In this document: piece after piece, positions 29,600-41,400 of the stretch
How positions within the stretch are numbered: the stretch's first letter is position 1
How the letters are laid out: each line of letters opens with the position of its first letter
Origin: Raillietiella orientalis
Lineage: Eukaryota
Assembly (NCBI GenBank): GCA_036172245.1
Contig: JAYWIR010000021.1
Location: forward strand, 682,001-746,000
Length of the DNA stretch: 64,000 nucleotides
Reading direction: 5' to 3'
The notes under the pieces: model-generated
Told to the model about the DNA's origin: nothing
The model's database searches: none
The model's input: the letters and a program-made list of their open reading frames with translations, nothing else
Program-made: the position numbers and the translations under genes

Positions 29600-30300
29600 C
29601 GATAGAGGTGCCTCCCCCACCCCTCATCTACCCCTTTTCCGAGTCGGGTTGCGGAGGGCGAACCGACACGATTTCGGGATCAAACGGGATGGACGCTGGC
29701 GAGCTGCCGCTAGACTCGGAGAGTAACCATCGCTACCGTCGTCGAGTCGACCCGAAAGGCGCACACCATGGCCTTCCCGAGACACCGGAACTGGGGGTCC
29801 ACCGAAGCATGACCAGAGGCTGCTTCCCTTGAGACCACCCCCCACGCCGGATCTCCAGGACCTCGCTGGCACTTCCGCTACTACCCCAGGGATCTGCACC
29901 CATGGCGGTTCCAGGCGGGCTCGAGCCCTTCTCCACTTACCGCCGCGACCCTCCCACTGGCCGTGACCCGACGACCTGCAACGATGAAGCTCTGGAAGTC
30001 ACGAACGACTCTGCTCTGGAGGCCGGGTGCAGATTCCGGGGTCGCTTTCGCACGCGGGTTCTCCTTGCACGCCTCCTGGAGATCTCCGACCTCCACGATT
30101 GCCCCCGTCCTGCTGCTCATAGCAGCCGGCAGTGTTCTATCGAGAGAGTCGAATCGCAGTCCCTACGCGCGGTTCATCCCTCAGTGACCGTGGCCCTCTT
30201 GCCCGCATGGGCGCGGTGAGGGAGCTTGCCCATCCGACAACCTGTGCGCTTCAGAGCACAGGAAAGGACGAACTCCTCATCCTTCAAAGCTTGAGAGTAG
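29600..30300 (-). mobile_element. Decayed LINE RT fragment
   Basis: Ordered motifs: AGCYEQ (cf. GC.EH), AIVEVGDLQEAC (cf. VVFLDL.KAF), SEVLEIRRGGWSQG..PL (cf. EP.EIRRGVKQGDPL) and VDPQFRCL...FRVDSTTV. Confidence 0.5.
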
Positions 30301-33300
30301 ATCGAGGTCATTTCGGTCCCAAGGCTCTGGTCGTCCGCCTATTTCCAGATGGGACTCCCCACTTCCCCTTCTCCCCCGGGGCTAACCAGCATCCCCGAGG
30401 GAAGTTTTGGAGGAGACCGTCTACCGGGAGTCGTTCTCCTCCTTCAGCTCTCGCGACCCATCTGCGGACCTGGTCAGGTACAGCTCACCGCGTTTCGGAC
30501 AGAGAGGCCGCTGTTTACGAGGTGGCCTCTGCACGAAAAACACAAGAAGAAAAGACGCCCCGCTCGGGGGATTGCAGCTTCCGTTTCAAATCCCTGGTCT
30601 ATGCATCCCTGTGATCGCCCTCCTCGCATCCATTCTCTTCCTCCCCGTTCTCATCCGCCCCGGTGGAGCGGATGAGAACGGGGAGGAAGAGATGCGGCAG
30701 AGAGAACTCGTGGCTTGGGGAGCGCCATCTGTGAGAGGACGGCGACCCTCCCTTCGTTCCGGCCCTCGCACCGGGTAGGGGAAGGATGCGTTCGTCTCCT
30801 TGGGGGGGCTTCGCTGCCTTCCCTTCGGGGCTCGCGCCGCCGCTGCGACCGATGCAACAGGGATTTTCAGGCGCCTCCCGGAAAATGGGAGACCCAAAGC
30901 TTTCCTCTTCGAAATTCCCCGAGAGCTCGCTGCCTCTTCTCCCCTTCCGGGACCCGCTCTCTCAGGTGCTATTCGCGTCGCCCGTCCTCCCTGGGCGTTC
31001 CCCGTCTACCCCCCAGGGCTTGCTGGAGGGAAGCCCCGACCGGCCTCTCCTTTAGCTCTCCGGCCTCGTCCCGACTCACCTCGCCTGCCCTACCTCGCTT
31101 GACCGTTCCTGACTGACCCGGCTCTTGCGATTCGGTGCTGATTCCTGTCCTCGGGGGCCCTTTGCGTTCCGCTTGAAAGGGAAGAGAAGGAACGCCTGCC
31201 GGGCGAGTGGCTCTGGTGGAGGGTGGGGCACGAAGGGGGCACGAGGGGGTTTGCGAGAGAAGGAACGGCTGCCGGGCGTTGGCACGAGGGGGGACACAGG
31301 TGGTCCCCTGCCCTGCACGCGAGGGAGGCGACGGCTTCCGTGCTGCTGCACCACGCCGGCGGCTCTCTGGCACCCGGAAGCCACGTCGACCACTTCCTTC
31401 TGCTCCTCTCTTCTGAGCGGGGCGGCCTCTCTCCTGGGGAGGGTGGTTCGCGGTGCTTCCCCCCCTCTCCCGCCTCGAACGCGCACTCGCCGGCCGATCC
31501 GCGGGGGGTCGGGTGGCGCCGCGCCGAGGGGGTGCCTGAAGTGCGGGGATCTTCTTGCACCCCGCCTCCCCACTGATGCAGGTCAGGGAGCCCATGCTGG
31601 AATCGGCGCCAGCTGCGGACCGGGCTGACGCCGAACGCGATACGGGAGGGGGAAACGACCCAAGTCGCATTTGACGGGAATCGGGAAACTTGGAATGCCG
31701 GAGAGGAAGCGGGCGCGGGCGCTCGCCAAAAGGAGGGATCCGTGTCTTTTATAGGCCATTCCCTCGCGGCTCGGCGAGGCCCATTCGTCTCGTTTCGTCA
31801 CGCGTGCCGCCGCCCGGGATCCCTCAGCGGGAAGAGGAACGGGCGAAACGGCTGCTGACTTCCGAGAAAGGCGAAGAAGCGCTCGTTGCCACGTAGCTGA
31901 CCACCGCCGCGTTCGGTGTTTTCCCCGAGGGGGTTTCGAGTTTCGAGCCCGTTGCTCCCCTTTTCAAATGCACCTTACGCGGAGAGAGAGAAAGAGAGAG
32001 AGAGAGTTGCGCGCGCACCGTTTTTTTTGTTTTATTTTGTTTTTTTTTTTTCGTTTTTTCCGATCGGCCCCGATCGACGATGGTCCGCGCGCGCCTCCAC
32101 GAGAAAGCGCGTCGTTTTCGCCCGTCTCCATGGCGACCTCCTGGCGGTGCGCGTCGACCGCGGGTCCGCGCGGGTTCCCTGTCGCGCGAGGCTACGGGGT
32201 CGAGCTTTGGAGCGGCAGCCTCGCTCTCTCCTCGAGGGCTGGGAGAGAGCGAGGGTCGCTCCTGGGCTGAGGTCGAGTTCCTCCCTCCACTCGAGGACGC
32301 ACCTTCCGCTCTCGGTCGCTCGGGAGGTGCCCTCTGCCGCTGCATGCCCCCGTTCCGCTCGGCTCCACGGACGGCATTAGGCGAAGCACTGGAAGCAGGG
32401 CTGGGTTGCCCCTCGTATCCAGGAACTTTTCCAGGAACGTCCTGGGCTTGGTTCGTCGTCACCGGACCTCGTCGGCATCCTTGGCGTGCGGGGGTCGGTG
32501 GTCATGGAAGGCTACGTCGGTCGACCTGCCGCGGGGGGCGGGGAGGGGCGTCCAGAGCATGGCTGCTGCCCCTGGTGCTCGGGTGGCGAATCGAGCCGTT
32601 GCGAGTCCGGCGAGCAGGCCGCATGCTCTGCGGGCACTCCACCCCGTTCGGGCAGGAAATCTGCGGGCGGCGCGGGAGGTCGGACCGGCGCACTTCCAAG
32701 ACCGCTCGCCCGCTCCCCGGGCAATCCGCGAATCCGGAAAGGTTGATGCGCTCAGAGCCACCTCCCGGCGGCGCGCTTCCATTTTTCCCCACGCGGGGCA
32801 CGGATTCTGACTGGTGGCCCTGGCAGCCTGCGAGCGAGACCGAGGGCGCACGGTCACGCTTTGCCCCGAGACGCGCCCGCGGAGACCGCAGGAGGAAGAG
32901 GAACGGGGTCGATGCCCCCGTGCGCCCGTGCGGCGGACTGCCGCGACCCCCTCCGCCGTCTCATGGAGGAGCGCGTAGGAGGGAGGTGTCGCTTTGCAGC
33001 CGAGAAAGAGAGAGAAGGGTGAGTGAAGTCGTCCGTCTCAGGCGCCGCTGGCGAAATCGCCGGGTTCGAGAGATGGCGCCCGCTCTGTGCCCGCTGGAGC
33101 GCAGGTCTCTCCCTCCTTTCAATTTTCACGCGGGATGATGAGTAGTTAAGAGATGGCTTATCCTCCTCGCGGAAGGGGAGGACGCGTCCCGTCTCCTTCC
33201 CGTCCTCCCTTCCTCCTCCTCTTCTGGGAACACGCGCAACAAATCCGGTTTTTACGAGATATCAGCCTAATTTCCGCCTCATTTCCCGGCTCCATAAGCT

Positions 33301-34637
33301 CGGGAGCTGGAGCGATTCCTTGATCAAAAGTAAATTAGTTATCCCAACAAAGGCTCCCGGGTGTCTCCCGTAGGAAACCCTTGGAAACCGCGCTCGAAAC
33401 AGCGCGTTCTCCGGGGCCCCTCGTGTCTTTTTGCAGCGGCAGGAAGGAACGGATAGGCGCCCGGGAATATGCGACTGTCGCAGCTGCTGCCTGCTCCATG
33501 GCTCTCGTGCTGCATCTCCCCCCACTCGTTCCCCTTCCCCATCCCCTCTGCAAGATCAGAGAGCTTCGCGGACGGAAGCTTTCCGTTTTCCATTTTCATG
33601 TTTGCATTTCTCTTTTTTCCTTTTCTTCGCTCCTCGAATGCGCTCGCCGACGTCACGAGGCGTTATGGTGACGTCACCGCGCCGCCTAGTGGGCCAGTCC
33701 TCATCACCGGAGCGTGCGAGCAGGCCCGACCAACGCGCGCCGATTCCCAGCAGTGCGTTGACCGTCGGCGATCGGCCGACAGAGCGCCCATCTTCTGCAG
33801 CGGCGGACCGACGATGATGCGCTGACGGATCGCCGTCTCCAAGGGGTTCCAGATTTTCGGATTGATTTTCGTCCGGGATGGGTAGGGGAGAGGCGTTCGC
33901 CCGCTCGCGTCTCCAAGGAGGAGCTGCGCTTCCTGGAAGGACCGCCTGCCCCGCTCTCCCCCCGTATTTGCGATTCCGACCGAGGGACATCAAATAAATC
34001 CCCGTCCGCAGCACGCGCACCGCCTCCTTTCATAAATCTCGTCGAGAGGTTTCCCAGCAGCCGCAGGAGAAGAGCAGCAACGGTCCTCGGTCGCGAAGGG
34101 AGGAGGAAGCAGATCCGTCAGGTCCATGCTGCCTCGTCTCCGGGAGACGCCGTGCGCCTCCCACTCTTGGATCGTTCCGCGGGAGCGCTGCCGTAAACTT
34201 GGGGTGCAGAGATAGCTTCCCGTTCCTTGGCTGGAGGGAGTTCCGCCATCGATGGGAGGTGCCTGGTGACCTGGAGCGGAGTTTGCGCTCGGTGAGTCCG
34301 TGCGCGACAGCGACGGCCAGTGACCACCAACGGGCATTTTTTTCTTCTTTTCTTGAGGACTTTTCCTTTCCACAGAGGAGGAAGAGAATGACATCCCTTT
34401 CCTTCCATCTAAGGGTGGGTTACGCGGGTCGACGCGTCGCGGCGAGATGGCGGGGATCTCTTGCAGCGTCCAGAAGAAGCGGCATCCTCGGCAACGCCCG
34501 TCGGAGAAGGAAAGGCTCGCTTCTGCAGAGCCTCCGACACAGGTCGTCCGCATGATCCGCGAGCATCCACCTCGCCGTGGAAACGCGCGCACAGGTGCAC
34601 AGATAGGTAACCGGTGACGCAACTCCCCCACCCTCCC

Positions 34638-35347
34638 CTGATTGGCCGCTTCTTGAGGTCAAGTCTCGGACGGCGCGCACGCACGGGCTGCAGAGGATTC
34701 CTTCCGCCGGTGTGGAGGAAACGAACGGAGAAGAAATTTCTTCCAGATGAAAAATCAATGAACGGATGATGATGGTCACGGACGACGATCGCGTGAAGCG
34801 AGCTGATTGGCCAGAAGCGGCTCTCCGTCAAACACCGCGCCTGCCCCGTGGTGTGCTCAGCAGGGGGGGCATCGGCGACGAGGCCGCCGAGCTGTAAGTC
34901 GTTTCCGGTGCCTCCGACTTCCAGCAGCCCCACGCCGCAGCTTCTGACACCGTCGTCGCCACGGAGACGGGGGGGAAGCGAAGGGCGACTTCGGACCACC
35001 ACGTTGGGAGGGGAGCGAAAAACAGAAAAAAAAAAAAAAAAAGAGGGAAAGAGCCCTTTCTGAGGTGGATGGGACTCGAGTGGGGGCGTGAGACGCTGAC
35101 CCGGCGAGAGGGGTCCTTGACACGGCCGGGAGGGAAGGGGGTGGGAGCAGGCGAGAGACCTCTTCTCCCTCCCCTTTTTCAGCGGACGAGCTTCCGGGAG
35201 CGTTCGCGGCCGAGGGAGCAGCGGCGAATCCCGTTGGCTGCGCGCATCTCCAGGTGTCCCCCTTCACTCGAGCTCCTCCCGCGTTCCCGGCGCCTGATTG
35301 GAGCAGGCGGCTGTCCTCGTTCGCCGGAGGAGCCCCTCCCATTGGCC
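34638..35347. promoter_or_regulatory. Candidate GAD promoter region with four reverse CCAAT boxes
   Basis: CTGATTGGCC at 34638 and 34803, CTGATTGG at 35294 and ATTGGCC at 35341, all within ~830 bp upstream of the GAD ATG (35462). Confidence 0.4.
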
Positions 35348-35461
35348 AAGACTCCGCGGGAAGGGAGGGTTCCGCGGCTCCTTAAATCCCGGACGGACGC
35401 CTGCCTCCCGTTCCAGAAGAGCGAGGCTGCGGACCTCCGGGACTCCGGGCGAGCGAGCAGC

Positions 35462-38400
35462 ATGGACCCCGCGCGCGCCGACCAGGGCTGCCCGCCGCAG
35501 CTGGAGAACGGCGCCCTCGGGAAGTGTGGAGGCGTCCACGACATGGGATCGCTCTTCTACACAGGTCTGCGGGAGGAGGAAGCCCCCGGGGGGGGAGGGA
35601 AAGGAAAGCCAGCGTCGGGTGGAGGGACGCCGCGGTAAAGGTTCCACAGCTTGCCGCTTCCCAGCGCTGGAGCTCCCCAGAAGAGGAGGTCGGCCGACGC
35701 TCCCCGTGGGTCTGCCTCACGCCACCGACCTCACCCTCTTCCCCCACCCCCCCCAGTCGATCGGCCGGTGGGCCAGCGGTGGCTGGCCCACCGACCGCTT
35801 GCCTGCAGCGCATGCGCTCTTGGAGGTTCTCAGGCAGAGATGGAGGGCGATTTCAAAGGGTGGGTGCAGCAGCGGCCCCGGCTGCTGCTGCACCCTCTTC
35901 CAGCGGGGAACCGCGCGTCCGTCGATGGTCCGGGAGAAGGTCAACCGCCGATCTTCCCCCCGTCCGAGGAGGGATCACTGGGACGGGGCGAGCCAGGGGA
36001 CGCCGTGGGCCTCAACTTCCTTCCCTCCACACGGTTGCAACCCTGGAGGGGCGGGCCCGCGCCCCCTCTTGTCCTTACACTTGGAGATCCTCATTCTCCC
36101 CACCCTCACCCTCACCCCCTCAGTGATCCGCTGGTGAGCGGCGAGGCGGTTGCTTGCCCTTCCCGGTTGACGCTCGTCGTCAGGAGCTTCGCTGCGACCG
36201 TAATCCAGAAACTCTCTATCCCCTCCATCCCCGTTCTCTCTGAGGGCAGGGAGGGTGGCCACCACCGAGTCCCTGGAAGACCTCAGTCCTTCATCCCCCT
36301 CCGGGGAACCGAGGCAGCACGCGTCCTTCGTTTCGGGGACCCGTGAGGGCCGGCAGTTTCCTTCGGGAAAGGGAAGACGGTGCGGCTCCTTCTCCTCTCC
36401 CTACTTCCGCCCCAGAGCAGCTCCGACCGGGAAGTCCCGTATAGCCCTGGTGGGTCCCCTGGGACGCACTCACCTCATCCTGGACCTGGATCGGCTTCCC
36501 ACCGGGCTCCTGGGGGAAGGAAGGGGTCCACTGCAACCAGTCGCCGGTCCGATCGGGGGCGTGGGACGGCTCCCGAGCGGGAAGCAAAGGAGGGGGAACG
36601 AGAAAGGGAGGGTGAGGGGGGGGGGGTGAGATCCTTCGGAATCCCCCGTTGTTCTCCCCGTCATCGAATTAGCCGTTCCCAGTGAGCTGACAGGGATCGG
36701 GACACAAGTGCGCGGTAATTGCGTTCGGACCGCTGCGGACGCTGACAGGCGCGGCCTCATTATGTGGAAGGGGAGCCTCCACCCTCCCTCCCCTCCGCTC
36801 CACGGCAGGCCTCCATCACAGGGGGGGTGAAGCGGAACGCGCTCGCACTGCTGCGAGACGACGTGGAGGGCTGCCGCAGAAGGTGACAGCGGAAGAGTCG
36901 CACGCAGCAGCGGCGGCGGAGAGGAAGGGGAGGGGGGTCCTACGAGGTCTCCTGGTAACGGGCGCCATCCACCCAAAGCAGTGGCGGCACCATGCGCATG
37001 AGGACTAGGTCGGGCGGCGCGCGCGCACCATCGGGGTGGCCCGGGTGACGGAGAGGAGGCGAAGGAGCGCTTTTCGGGCATCCGTCACGTGCCGCTGCAC
37101 TTTTCCCCATTAATCTCGGGAAGGAGGGGAGCGGGCCCCCTAGGAAAATCCTCCCGTAGCCCCGGATAAAGCCACTAGAGGAGATCAATTGGGGGTTTGA
37201 TGGAGCGCGACGTCCGAGTCGCCGTCGAAAAACCGCGCCATCGTGCCTTATTAGCAGCGCGCGGCGCTGTCGCCAAGGCGCAGCGACGCTAATTGCGTCT
37301 TCGCCTCGCCCCTGTCGCCTCCTCACCGCCACACTCGCTCGCCTCCTTCGCAGGCACGCAGCCGCTTCCTGCTGGCGCGCGTCGGAAAACGCGAGCGCTG
37401 ATTGAGGTGCAGGCGTGCCTACGTCCGCGCACGCTCGGGGGGGCATCCCAAGGTTCGCAGGGTGAACTCTGGGGATCCCCCGAACCCAAGAAGGTCTGTG
37501 TGTGCCGGCTGAAGCAGTCCGTCGGAAGGGATGCGGTACTCCACCCCATTCTCCGGAAGGGCTCAAAGCGCTGCAGCGGCACACACACGAGAGAGGGGAG
37601 GAGTCGGCCGCCGTTCCACCGGCCCCTAGGGCGCTCCGAAGACCGGAAGGGCTCGCCCCCGGACGTGCTGAGAGAGGGCGGTGCGTTCCTGGTCACTTCG
37701 TCCGCCTCTTCCCTTTGCTCCTAGGGTGCGCGATCTCGGAGGGGTCGAGAGCAGTCCTCCTCGGCCCGCCGCTACGCTGCCCCGACATACTCCCCGAGGG
37801 CCAGCCGCCACTGTGCGCCGTTTCTTCCCGTAGATCTGCTCCCGTTCTCCCGGGACTCCGCCCCGGCGACGAGGGAGTTCCTGGAGCGCGCGCTGGACCT
37901 CCTCTTGGGCTTCATCATGCAGACGTACGACCGACGCTCCAAGATCCTGGACTTCCACTACCCCGACCAGCTCAAGGACGTCATCGACCTAGAGATTCCG
38001 CTGAAGGCCCTCAGCCTGGAGCAGATCCTGAAGGACTGCGAGGACACCATGAAGTACCAGGTCAAGACAGGTAATTGGGAAGAGGGGTAGGGGGCAGGGA
38101 GCAGGGAAATAGTTGCCTCGACCGTTCCCTCGTTCCTCCCAAAGGTCCGCAGGCCACCCTAGGGCGCGTGACCCTCCTGTGCGAGGAGCGACCCCACCAC
38201 GCTCTTTCCTTTCGGCTTGAGATCAGCGGCCAGAGGGGGTTATGAGCTGGGAACCCTCGCAAGCGGTTAGGGAGCCACTGAAGCAGGACGCGACACCTCG
38301 CTCCCTCGTTGCCCTTGCCAGCTCGCCCTTGCCCGGTTCCGAGGGCGGGGATGGGTGGATGCGCACGATTGCGTGATCTTCGCACAAGGCGGCTGGGAAC

Positions 38401-41400
38401 GACCTCGGAGGAATGGACGGAAGGACCGCAGGAGTCTCCCACAGAGTCCTGGGCAAGGAATGTGCGCCCTCCGAGCAGGGCAGAGGAGAATGTCTCGTCC
38501 CGCGCGGCTTTCTTGATCGAAGGTTCGGGTCAAAGGGATTGTCGTCGGGATGCGCGGCCGCTTTTTTTTTTCTTTTACCGGGCTCCCTCGGAACCTGGGA
38601 GAGGGGCGAGCCAGTGTCGAGGCGAGAGGGGGCAGGCGGGACATCCACGCCTGGAACGCCCACATCCCGTTCCCTTCTCCTGGGAGACGGAGGGGATTGG
38701 GGTCGCCTCCCCACCTTTCGCGACCTCGGCGGCGTCCCCACCTTGCACCAGCGAAGGCCGCGCGTGCGGGACTCATGCGGCGCCTCAGCCAAGCGTGGCG
38801 GGCAGATCCGCGGGCGGTGCGAGGGGACGGGCAGGCCGACTGGTGCAGGTAGACCTGGGGGCCGCTCCCTGCATTCCCAGCCACGCGGGACGCCATTTCC
38901 TCCCATCCGCGGGCCGTCTTCCCGGACCTTCCTTCTTCCCTCCTCCTCCGGGAGGACTGCCGCGCCGAGCGCTCCCGCTCTTCCCGGCGGTCCGGAACGA
39001 TGCAGCTGTGTGCTCGGGAGTACCTCCGACGGGAAGCGGAGGCAGCCCCGTCTTTTTGCACGTCTCCTCCGGATTTAATCAACTGGGAAATTCCTTGTCC
39101 CGGATAAAGCGCGACCATCAAAAGCAGCTGCTGCGTGGCGCAATCTGGGGGCCGAGGAGGGCCACACGATTTATTAAAACCCCTAATCTTGGCATTCCTG
39201 AGGGGCAGGCAGGGGGCTCGGAGGCGCGCGCAGGGAGGCAGGCGCGGGATTACCGTCTTAAGAGCGGCCTGGAATCCAATAAAGGCCCCTGTTCTTAATT
39301 AGAGCGTCCGGGATGCCCATTTTTTGTCCTGACTGCTTCCGCTACCCCGCGCTTGCCGCGTGCGGGCGGGCCCGGTCGGAGTGGGCCTCCTCCGGCTGGC
39401 TCCGCTCGCGTGCGGCGTCCGGTCCGGCGGGCGGCAGCGGGATGAGCGACTTCTTTCCGAGAGTGCCGGGCGGTCCCTCTTCAGCCCACGGGAAGAGCCC
39501 GTCTCTGGCAGCGCACGCTGCACCCACCCAGGGAGACCGCCGCGCGCGCCCTGATGGGTAGATGCTCGGACCTGAACTTCCGGAAGTGGACGTCGGCCAT
39601 GCCTCCGGAAGGCGGCGATGATGCTGGAGACAGGGGTCTTCCCCCTTCCCTCCTGGGTTCCGGCTGCTCGGCTACGGAGAAAGGGAGGGGGGCAAAAAAA
39701 AAAGGCTCCCGGGAAGCACCAGGAGCTGAGGGAGTTTTCCGAGCGAGCCGCGCCTCCGAGGGGAAGCTGGGGGCGGGGCAGGTGGGCTCCGAGTCCAGGC
39801 CGCTCGAATGCTGCCGCACCCTGGCCGCAGGTGCCGACTGCATGTGCCGTCGGCCAGGGGCCGTGCTGGGTAAAGCCGGCTGGCCGTCGTCAAAGCGATA
39901 TCGGGCGGCTCTACATCCCTTCCCCTTTCTCAATAGTTGGCGGGTCAGAAAGCACCCCCTTTGACCCCTTTCCTCCCTCCGAAGGGATCCAGGCAGTTAC
40001 TTTTCCCTTCAGAACCCGCTATTCTTCCGGGAGAACTCCAAGAGGGACCCCCGCCACCGAGAGGGACCTGAGGGTGTCTTCACGCCGAGGAGGAGCCTCA
40101 TGGGGCTCGGCCCGCTTGCTGACCCTCTTTCCTGTAGTGTGGCGGGGGCCTCGGAACCGAGCACTCTCCCACCCCTCTTTCGCTGGAGAGGGCCCTGGAG
40201 TCAACGGGGAAAGGGGAAAGACCCTCTTTCCGCTCTCATGGCCCGGAACGAGGGCCTCGTGGAGTCGCACGTGGCTGGCAGCGGCTCCAGCCACGTATCC
40301 GCCAGAGGTGCCTCTCTTTCTCCTCCTCCACCCGTTCTCGCTCACTCCTGAGGGCGTGTCCCCTTCCCTTCGGGAGCGGTGCTCGCTGCTGAAAGGCCTC
40401 CTGCTGGGCCTCGCGCTTCCTGGAAGCGGGCAATTCATCCCTAGTAGAGAATTTTCGAGGCAGGAGGAGGGGACTACCTGGGGCACTCTTGGGCTCGTTC
40501 CGCTTGGTTCTGCGGCCGTCGCCTTCTGGAACGTTCTGGCTGCAGCAGCTGCTCAGCGGGCGCTTTCGAGACCGCGTCGGCGCTCGCTCCTCTCCCCCTC
40601 CCTCCTTCCCTCCCCGTCCTTCCACCGCCGTAGCCCCAGCGCGCGGAGCCGTCTGTCTCATTGGCTGCCGCTCTTGACATCCGGGAGACCCCACGGAATC
40701 GCCGGTGCCGCCTTCCGCTTCCCGTTCCTCCTGGAAACGAGCTGTCATCCCCACTCGAACGTCTCATGTATAGGACTCCAGCCGCCGCCTCTCGAGACGG
40801 TTCCCTGCCAGGACTCCCGTGACGCCACTGGGAAAGGGAGGGGAGAGGGTGCTGTGGGCCTCTGAGCTCCTCCCTCCGGCCCGCCGTTCCGCTCCCCCTG
40901 TCTCTTAGGAGACGGCAATCTCCGCCGCGACCCCTATCCCGAGAGGAGTCCCGGAACATTCGGGGTTCCCCCATCGCGAACGACGGCGTGGGAGGATCCT
41001 CCCTCCCCAAGCACGTCCTCCTTCTCCCGGGAGGGCTGGCGTCCAGCGGCTCCCTTTCGCGACGAAGAGTCGCACCACTGGCATCTCGTTGACGGGATTT
41101 TCTTCCCCATCCCCCTCCGGAAACGAAGAGGAGACAGCGGACGCCCCCCCCCCCCCTTCTCGATCTCCGCAAGTCCCGAAGCCCCCTACGGGCAGCAATG
41201 GCAACGTACATGCGGGGAGGAGGAGAAACCCGGGAGCACGCCGACCCCTACCCTGAGAAAACAGATCTGGGAGAGAGGGACCATATCCCCTCGGGGCCAG
41301 GGTCTCCGCCAGCCCATCCATCCCTTTCCGCACGCAGAGCGGGACCCAATCGCCTCCGCTCATCTTCTCGGCCAGATTCCTGGAAGGGACAAACCTGGAA

